Origin: a virus
Strand: one strand, 5' to 3'
DNA length: 64,000 nucleotides
IMG/VR virus record: IMGVR_UViG_3300047322_000607
Span: 4,620-68,619 of that record
A program made the translations under genes and the position numbers. How positions within the stretch are numbered: the stretch's first letter is position 1; each line of letters begins with the position of its first letter. The notes beneath the pieces were generated by a model. It saw nothing but the letters and a program-made list of their open reading frames with translations, searched no databases and was not told the origin of the DNA. Below are positions 57,048 to 64,000 of this stretch, piece after piece.

Positions 57048-57827
57048 GTGAGCGCTCAGCGAAAGGCAGTAGGTTTGTCGACGTCGCAGGTAGAAGCGCT
57101 ACTCGCCGATCGTTTCGCGGCGCCAGAGTATGCGACGTTGTTCAACGTCAAGAACCGAACCGGCTACGGCAAGGAGCGGTATGCCGACGCCCTCAGTATG
57201 AACCTCTACCCGTCGCGCGGGCTGGAGTTGTCGGGGTTCGAGATCAAGGTTAGCCGCTCAGACTGGCTGCGCGAGAAGGACGATCCGGCGAAGGCGGAGG
57301 AGATCCAGCGCTACTGCGATCGATGGTATCTCGTCCTCGGCGCCGCGGAGATCGTGAAGCCCGGCGAGTTGCCGCCGACATGGGGCTTGATCGTTCCTGA
57401 TCGCGGCGCGCTCAAAATCGCAATCGAGGCGCCGAGGCTTTCCCCTCATCCCCTCGATCGCGTGTTCATCGCGGCCATGCTCCGACGCGCGACCGAGCAG
57501 TCCCCTGATGTGATCAAGGCTGCCGAGTTTCGCGGATACGAGCGCGGCCATAAGAAGGGCAGCGAGATGGCAGAAGCCAAGTCTGCGGCCCTGGCGACGA
57601 GGCTCGAACAGCAGCAGGAAACCCACTCGGAGTTGATTCAGAAGGTCCATCGATTCGAGCAAGCCGCCGGGATCTCGATCGTTGGATATCGCGTCGACGC
57701 GAAGATCGGCGAAGCGGTGCGCCTTGTCCTCGCTGGCATGACGGCGGACCTGGAAAAGTACCGCGCACAGATGGCTCACCTCGTTGAGCGCGTCGACGAA
57801 TCGATCGCAACGCTGAAGGCCACGTAG
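57048..57827 (+). CDS. MmcB-like PD-(D/E)xK nuclease
   Basis: YADALSMNLYPSRG..GFEIKVSRSDW..YCDRWYLV..ELPPTWGL. Confidence 0.75.
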   Translation: MSAQRKAVGLSTSQVEALLADRFAAPEYATLFNVKNRTGYGKERYADALSMNLYPSRGLELSGFEIKVSRSDWLREKDDPAKAEEIQRYCDRWYLVLGAAEIVKPGELPPTWGLIVPDRGALKIAIEAPRLSPHPLDRVFIAAMLRRATEQSPDVIKAAEFRGYERGHKKGSEMAEAKSAALATRLEQQQETHSELIQKVHRFEQAAGISIVGYRVDAKIGEAVRLVLAGMTADLEKYRAQMAHLVERVDESIATLKAT

Positions 57828-57864
57828 AGACAATGACGATTGATTCTCAAAAGGAGATCGCCCG

Positions 57865-58479
57865 ATGAAGAAGACGCCCCCGAAGAAGCCGAGCCGGGCG
57901 ACCGCGCCGCTCGTCGAGAAGATGGGGATCCGCCACGTCGCCGCCGACTACAAGCGGATGGACGGCCTCTTCGTCGCACCCGGCCGGATGGTCGCCTTCG
58001 ACGAGCCGCTCTTTCTCTTCCCGGGCCAGGAGATCTACGCCCCCCGGACGATCGAAGAGGGTCAATACGTCGTCCGGGTGGTGGTCGACGGCGTGCTGAC
58101 CCGCACGGTCCGCGCGCCGCTTCACCCGACCCCGGTCCCGATCGCCGCGCCGGCGCTTCAATCGGTCCCCCTCGAGCCGGCGCCCGAGGCCACCTTCGCC
58201 CCGCAGGCGCTCGAGGCGCCGCCGAGCTCGCCGCCTGTGCGCCTGGTGCGCGTGCAGCAGCCACCGAACGACCTCGCCGAGCGGCAAGCCTCGGGCGACC
58301 TCCTGCGCGCGCTGTGGGCGCTCCTGTGGCCGGTGCTCTGCTACTTCCGGCTGCACGCCTGGCGCACCTACCGGAAGGTGATGATCGACCCCAACCCGGG
58401 CGAGCTCGGTCCGTCGCAGCTGATCGCCGCGCGCCAGCGCTGCGCGCGCTGCAACAAGGAACGGTCGATCGTCCGATGA
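57865..58479 (+). CDS. Hypothetical protein
   Basis: AAGGAG RBS. Confidence 0.6.
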   Translation: MKKTPPKKPSRATAPLVEKMGIRHVAADYKRMDGLFVAPGRMVAFDEPLFLFPGQEIYAPRTIEEGQYVVRVVVDGVLTRTVRAPLHPTPVPIAAPALQSVPLEPAPEATFAPQALEAPPSSPPVRLVRVQQPPNDLAERQASGDLLRALWALLWPVLCYFRLHAWRTYRKVMIDPNPGELGPSQLIAARQRCARCNKERSIVR

Positions 58480-58775
58480 AGCTACCGGACCACTACCCCA
58501 CCAGCGGCGAATACCTGCTCGAGCCGCTCGAGGGGCCCGACGGCCGGCTCTACTCGATCATCCCCTTGACCTTCGGCCGGGCGCGGATCGTCGTGGGGCG
58601 CGACCGGCTCACCTATGACGACGGGTGGTGATACGAGCGCCCCGGCGTAGCGGTCGCTGCGCTCCAAGCCTGGGATCCGATGGTGGCGAAGGAACCGGAG
58701 GGATGGATCCGGCACCCGGAGACCGGCCGACGGCGCCCCGATGGCGATGCAACAAGGGAATACGTGAGCCGGTGA
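58476..58775 (+). CDS. Candidate selenoprotein (UGA read-through at codon 52)
   Basis: The frame continues past TGA 58629-31 (TYDDGW*YERP..EPEGWIRHPETGRRRPDGD) to TGA 58773-75, which overlaps the next GTG start. Confidence 0.7.
58632..58664 (+). promoter_or_regulatory. Bacterial SECIS-like hairpin
   Basis: GCGTAGC-GGTC-GCTGCGC, with the loop starting 20 nt after the UGA. Confidence 0.65.
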
Positions 58776-60558
58776 GGCTCGACGAGTACCTGCAGGTCCG
58801 CGAGGCCTTCGCCCGCGAGCAGGCGCTACGGCTTGCCGCCGAAGCGGTGCGCGGCGAGCTCCTGCAGAGCGTCGCGCGGATCAAACTGAAATGGGAGGCA
58901 GCCGAGCGGCGCGCCGACGACCACCCTAACGGCAGCTGGGGCGGTCTCTACGCGCAACGCGACGCCTGGCGCACCTTCGGCCTGCACTGGCGCGAGCAGG
59001 CCCGATGGTTGCGAATCGCGCTCGCCGCGGGCCCGCTGCTCGAATGGATGCACTGGAGAAAACCGAGATGAAAAAGGCCACCCTCTCCGACAAGGGGATC
59101 CGGACGCTCGCCGCGCTGGCGCTGGCGCCGATGCCACGGCAGGAGATCAATCCCGGCCTCGCGCGGAAGCTGCTGCTCGAGGCGCTCGCCGAGGAGATCG
59201 TGCTACCGAGCCCATACCGCACGGTCAAGGGCGACGTGCTCTATCTCCGGATCACCGGCGCCGGCCTCGCGCGCTTGCCGATCCCGGTCCCCCGCTTCAA
59301 GGATGATCGGATCGTCGCCACCCTATCGATGCGCCGGAGCGTTTGGAGCTCGATCGCCGACGGCGGCGATACCCACCTCACCGCCTGCGCGGCGGCGCAG
59401 TGCGTGATCGAAGGGCGCTCGCACTACGCGATCACGGCGGCCTTGTCGCCTGGTCGACAACCGGCCTTGCTGCGGCTGCTCGTCGAGGCGCGCGCCAACG
59501 TACAGGCCAGCATCGCCGACACCGGGATCAGCGACGACCAGCGGAGCCAACGAAGAAGCCTCTACGATCGCCTGCACGACACAATCGAACGCGCAAGGAA
59601 AGGCGGCCGCCGATGACCAAGCTCCCCCCGACCCTCTCGCTCGTCGCGGATAACGCCTTCGACAACTACACATCGCAGCGATCCCGCCCCCTCGAGGTGA
59701 TCGGCCTGGCGATCGCGCACCTCGACGAGAAGGTCGCGGCGATCACCATCCCGCGCAACATCTGGCGCGTGATCTCGCTTCACCCGACCGTGCTCCCCTA
59801 CCTCGCCACCTTGCGCGCCTCGGCACGGCGCCTCTCGTTCCGGCTCGGTCCGTTCCACTTCGAATGGAAGGGTCGGCAGAAGGAAGCGCGCGAGCTCCTC
59901 GACGAAGCGCTCGGGGTCGTCCCGGGAACGATCCGGATCATCGAGGAGGCGGCGAACGTGATCCTCTTCGAATCGAAGACCGGCGACATGGTCGCAGTCG
60001 ACAAGGTGCTGACCGAAGGCTTCGGCAAGTGAGCGACGAGATCGCCCGACGCCTGCTCGGCGCGGCGCCGGTCGGAGAGCAGGGAAGCTACGCCGGATCG
60101 GCCGTTCACCGAGAAGTGGCCCGCGCTCACCTCGCCGCGCACCTCGCGCGGGAGGACTGGGCGAAGTACCTCGAGCGCTTCGGCCTCGGCGTGCCGCGGG
60201 TCTACCCGATCAACCGGTCGCGCTATTGGACCGTGCACCGGATCGCCTGGCTCGGTCGCCGGCGAAACCGGCGGCGACGTCGGGCGGGCCAGTGACCGCG
60301 CGCCGCAGTGATCGCGGATCGCTGACCGCTGCGCACGCCGCGATCGCCGAGAGCTTGCGCGATCGAGCGCTTCGCCGGACCGAACAGCAGCCGGCGCTCG
60401 AGCCGACGCCGGTCGCGTGTCGCTGCTGCGGCGCGCCCCCGGTCGCCGGCGCGGTCTTTCACGACTGGTGCGACGATTGCCAGGCCTGCAACGCCGACGG
60501 CAGCGCCGGCGAGGACGTACCGCGATACGACGAGCATTGTCCCAATCGAAGGAGATAG
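58772..60558 (+). CDS. Five hypothetical genes (58772-59071, 59068-59616, 59613-60032, 60029-60295, 60292-60558)
   Basis: A 4-nt start/stop overlap at every junction. Confidence 0.55.
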
Positions 60559-60564
60559 CGACCC

Positions 60565-61587
60565 ATGGACCTATCCGGCACCCTGAACGAAGACCAGCTC
60601 CGCGAATTCGTCGCACTGCTCGAGCGGATCTCGAGTCAAATCGGCTTCAAGGTCTCGTCGCGCGGCTGGGGCTACATCCTCGAGCAAAACGGGATGATCG
60701 ATAAATCGCAATTCGACCGGGTCGAGGGCGTGATCAACCGCTGCAGGCGCAACGGTCTGCTACCCGTCGACTTCGTCGCCGAAGAGGCTGCTCGAGCCTT
60801 TTCTAACGTCGAAGAGCCGACCGACGAGACGCACGCCGCGCACCTTCGCGGGTGGGTCGGCGCGGCGCTCGAGAGCGACCGCTACTTTACCCCCGACTGG
60901 TGGGAGGGTGAGGAGCTCTACATTCAGATGGTGGTCGAGAAGATCGATCTCGTGACCCTCTTTCAACCGATCTGCGCGCGCTATCACATCCCGATCGCCA
61001 ACGCGAAAGGCTGGTCGTCGATCCTGCAGCGCGCGGAATACTGTCGACGCTTCGCCGAGGCTGAAGCGCGCGGCCTCCGGTGCCTGCTGCTCTACTGCGG
61101 CGACCACGACCCCGACGGTCTCCGGATCTCCGAGACTCTGCGAAAGAACCTCGAGGACGTCTCGCAGATCAGATGGCTGGACGGCGCGATCGGCTACGAT
61201 CCGGCGAACCTCGAGATCGAGCGCTTCGGCCTCGAATTCGATTTCATCAAGAAGAACCGGCTCACCTGGATCGACAACTTGATCACCGGCTCCGGGATGA
61301 ACCTCGCAAGCCGACGGCACCGCAACCACGGGATGACCTACGTGCAGACCTACCTAAAGAAGGTCGGTCGCCGGAAATGCGAGGCGAATAGCATCGTCGT
61401 GATCCCGGAGATGGGGCGGCGGCTCTGCGAGAAGACGATCACGCGCCACCTGGGCGCCGGCGCATTGGAGCGGTTTCGCGGCAAGCGCCGCTTGGTCAAG
61501 ACCAGGATGGATCGAGTGCTCGAGGCCAGCGGCGCCGGGAACCACGTCCGCAAGGCGATCGAGCTCCTCGAGGACTTCGATCAGTAG
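60565..61587 (+). CDS. Topoisomerase VI A / Spo11-like TOPRIM protein
   Basis: SSRGWGY winged-helix-like segment, MVVEKIDL, AKGWSS, LYCGDHDPDGLRI, CEANS. Confidence 0.75.
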   Translation: MDLSGTLNEDQLREFVALLERISSQIGFKVSSRGWGYILEQNGMIDKSQFDRVEGVINRCRRNGLLPVDFVAEEAARAFSNVEEPTDETHAAHLRGWVGAALESDRYFTPDWWEGEELYIQMVVEKIDLVTLFQPICARYHIPIANAKGWSSILQRAEYCRRFAEAEARGLRCLLLYCGDHDPDGLRISETLRKNLEDVSQIRWLDGAIGYDPANLEIERFGLEFDFIKKNRLTWIDNLITGSGMNLASRRHRNHGMTYVQTYLKKVGRRKCEANSIVVIPEMGRRLCEKTITRHLGAGALERFRGKRRLVKTRMDRVLEASGAGNHVRKAIELLEDFDQ

Positions 61588-61596
61588 GAGGAATCC

Positions 61597-62494
61597 ATGA
61601 AGCGTTTCTTTGCGCTGGTCGCTGCGGTCGCGGTCTCGCTCGCCACCGCCGACGCGAAACCTCCCCGGGTCGAGCGCAAGCCCCACTACGAATGGGGCGT
61701 CGTACTTGAGAGCCAATGCGAGCACGTCATGAACGATTGCATCCACGGGGAGATCCTGAAGGAGCACGCCGACGGGCGGATCTTCGGCCCGCACGAGACC
61801 GGCCTCGGGAAGGTCGAGCGGATCCTGCTGCGGCCGGACGTCGAGATCGTGATCGTCCCGTACCCGAGCGATGGCCCGTGAAGCTGCTTTTCGTTCCCGA
61901 TCAACTCGACGTGATGGTCGTCGAGGTCGAGGAGAGCATGCAGATCGCGGAGCTCCGCCACCTAATCGGCGAGATAGCGATCCGCGTCCGACACCGCCCC
62001 GATCGGCTTCCCCTCTCGAGCGACTTCTCCGAGCTCCTCGAGCGGTTCGACGAGATGCCGCCGCTCCTGCTCGAGCCGGAGCGCGCGACGAGCGCCGAGC
62101 ACCATTGGCGCCGGATGGTCGAGCCGCACCGGCCCCGCGCCTTCACCTACACCGGCTTTTCGCCGCCCCCGCTGGCAAATAGGCAGCAACCGGAAAGCAC
62201 CCCGCGCACCATTTGCTACCCGGCGCCGGCCTGGTCGGGCGCGCTGCGGCGCTTCGCGGGTCGCTGATGGCCGAGACCCCTTGGCACCTGAAGAGCGGTC
62301 AGATCCCGCTCGAGCTCCGGCTGACCGGCAAGGGCTGGCGCTACGTCCCGGCCTTCCCTTCGTTCGCCGAGACCGAGAAGGTGCTCGACGAGCTTCGCCT
62401 GCTGGTAGTGCAGCTGCTCGAGCAGCAAAAGACGATCGAGCACCAAGAGGCGGAGATCCAGGCGCTCGACGAGCTCTTCGCCCCCCGTCACTGA
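61597..62494 (+). CDS. Three hypothetical genes (61597-61881 with a signal peptide, 61878-62267, 62267-62494)
   Basis: AGGAGG RBS and coupling. Confidence 0.55.
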
Positions 62495-62568
62495 CCACCA
62501 ACGAGAGCCGGTTTCCCGTCGCTGCGACCTCGGCGATGCTTGCATTTTTGCGAGGCCTACCGCGCGCA

Positions 62569-62602
62569 CAACTTGCGCGATGGCACCCTTTCGGCGTAGC
62601 TT
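62569..62602 (+). promoter_or_regulatory. Conserved phage promoter box, copy 7
   Basis: CAACTTGCGC-GATG-GCACC-N8-GTAGCTT, 8 nt before ATG 62611. Confidence 0.65.
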
Positions 62603-62610
62603 TTCAATTC

Positions 62611-62874
62611 ATGGCGAAGCGACTCGTCGGTTTCAAAGAGATCGCGGCCTTCATTTCCCGTATTAGCGGGAGGCCTTACGCCGAGCGCACCATGCGCGCA
62701 TACGCTGCTCGACCAGCACCCGAAAACCCCCTTCCGTGCGTCCGCCTGGGGGGCGCCATGCTCGCCGACCCTACGCGCCTCCGTCGCTGGCTCGCCGCCG
62801 AGATCGAGCGATGCCAGCGCCGGCCCGCACGCGCCGCTCCCCGCCACCTTCGGCCGATCGCCGCCTCTCACTGA
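62611..62874 (+). CDS. Excisionase / MerR-like winged HTH protein
   Basis: LVGFKEIAAFI..ERTMRAY..PLPCVRLGG..LRRWL. Confidence 0.6.
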   Translation: MAKRLVGFKEIAAFISRISGRPYAERTMRAYAARPAPENPLPCVRLGGAMLADPTRLRRWLAAEIERCQRRPARAAPRHLRPIAASH

Positions 62875-62934
62875 ATTTGAAAGCGCGTTAGGGAAGGTGC
62901 ATTTCTACCCCTGCACAGTTGCGCCCCGCAGCGG

Positions 62935-63329
62935 ATGACCACCTCGAGCGATAGCGAAACCCGACCCCGGAGCGTCCCGGCCTCGCCGAGCGCTCCGGCC
63001 TCGCTCGACTTCTTCGGTCCCGAGCTCGGCGAGCGCATCGAGACCGCCATGCGATCCCGCCACCAGGCGAACATCCGGATCGCAGGCACCCGAGACGATC
63101 CGCCGACTGGCGCGGAGTGAAAGGGGCCACCGTGGGAAACTTCGCGATCACCATCAAGGGCGCCGGCTCGCACCACAACGGCAGCAAGGGCGACGTCGAG
63201 CAGATGACCGCCGACTTCGTCGACAAGCTGAAGGACACCGGGCACACCGTCACCGGCGCCGACGTCACCACCGGCGCGAACAACGACTTGATCAACCACC
63301 GGGGCGAGCTCCTTCCGATCAAGGAGTAG
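62935..63329 (+). CDS. Two small genes (62935-63120, 63132-63329)
   Basis: The second has AAAGGGG RBS + GTG and strong codon bias. The first is less certain. Confidence 0.5.
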
Positions 63330-63339
63330 CGCAGGCACC

Positions 63340-64000
63340 GGCGCAAGAATTCTAAAAGGGCAACCCGGGACATCGCCCCCCGGGCGTGGTTGCTGGCCAG
63401 CTGCGAACGCTTCGTGCTCTCTCGACCAGGAGGTCGAGCGGCGCCTACCCGGGGGGCCAGTACCCCGGGCAGGTTCTCACCCCGCAGGCCACCCCCGTGG
63501 AAAGCCCCGGCCCCACCTCACCCCGTACTCGATCTGCAGGCAGGCCCACCAGAAGGCCACCAGCGCACGAGCAACAGGGCGACTCTCTGCTGACAGGTCG
63601 AGCAGCTGCTGCATGCTGGTCTAATCGCGCCAGCTCGACGAAACCGGAAAGGTATCCGCCACCCCAGGCGGTCGATTTCTGCAGATCGTGCGCGTAGTGC
63701 GCGCCCCACCCCGACATACAAGGGGATCAGGAGAGCGCGCGCAGGCCACCACCACGCATGATCTTGCGCATGTAGTCGCGCCGGAAGCTTACGACCCGGC
63801 GAGGCCGGCCCGCTGCTGCACGGCGCCCCGTTACGGTGCACGACAGCAGCGGGAACGACCGGCACCCCTCGAGTAGCGCACAATCTGCGCAGCGAAAGAG
63901 GAAGCAGGAGCTCGAGGCGCTCGAGCAGGGGCAAAACGCCCCGCGCCCCCTGGCCAGAATTTCGAAAGATTATCAGGGGTCACAGCGACAGCCACCAGGG
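63340..64000. other. Long, apparently non-coding, hairpin-rich region
   Basis: No ORF with convincing codon bias. Many 6-10 bp helices. Confidence 0.45.

Noticed and set aside
63590-63660. Hammerhead-ribozyme-like layout (CTGACAG-stem-GAAA-CC..GG-TA)
   Set aside because: The core reads CUGACAG instead of CUGANGA, breaking C3-G8 and A9, and stem I does not pair.
1-64000. Abundant GCGATCGC, CTCGAG and TCGA words (HIP1-like)
   Set aside because: Largely explained by codon pairs (Ala-Ile-Ala, Leu-Glu) in a GC-rich genome. Enrichment cannot be shown without counting.
1-64000. Genome-wide TGA recoding as the explanation for the 58629 stop
   Set aside because: TGA is the normal stop at dozens of ATGA/GTGA junctions, so any read-through must be site-specific.

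Overview
This window is most of a GC-rich tailed-phage or prophage genome, almost all on the + strand; terminase and portal are not in the window. 1-32.7 kb holds a Mu-like head and contractile-tail module (protease/scaffold, capsid, sheath, tube, chaperone with a probable frameshift, tape measure, baseplate), accessory virion and membrane genes, and a PG-binding/CHAP endolysin. 32.7-34.7 kb is a short - strand operon with an MT-A70 methyltransferase. 34.7-63.3 kb holds RusA, a replication initiator, a DnaC-like loader, a Sak4-like ATPase, DUF5131, several HTH/RHH regulators and about 50 small, translationally coupled genes. No integrase, transposase, tRNA or CRISPR array was recognised. The host is probably Myxococcota (inference from GC content, Cys-rich lipoproteins and an RHH protein). 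Highlights read from the sequence: (1) a candidate phage selenoprotein at 58476-58775, with an in-frame TGA at a W-x-Y position followed by a SECIS-like GGUC hairpin; (2) seven copies of an intergenic promoter box, CTTGCGC-N4-GCACC-N7/8-GWA, mostly in front of leaderless genes; (3) a sigma54-type promoter with enhancer-like palindromes beside a stand-alone Fis/bEBP-type HTH gene; (4) several highly base-paired intergenic RNA candidates; (5) an InPase-domain prohead protease fusion. All family assignments come from motif recognition by eye, not from database searches.
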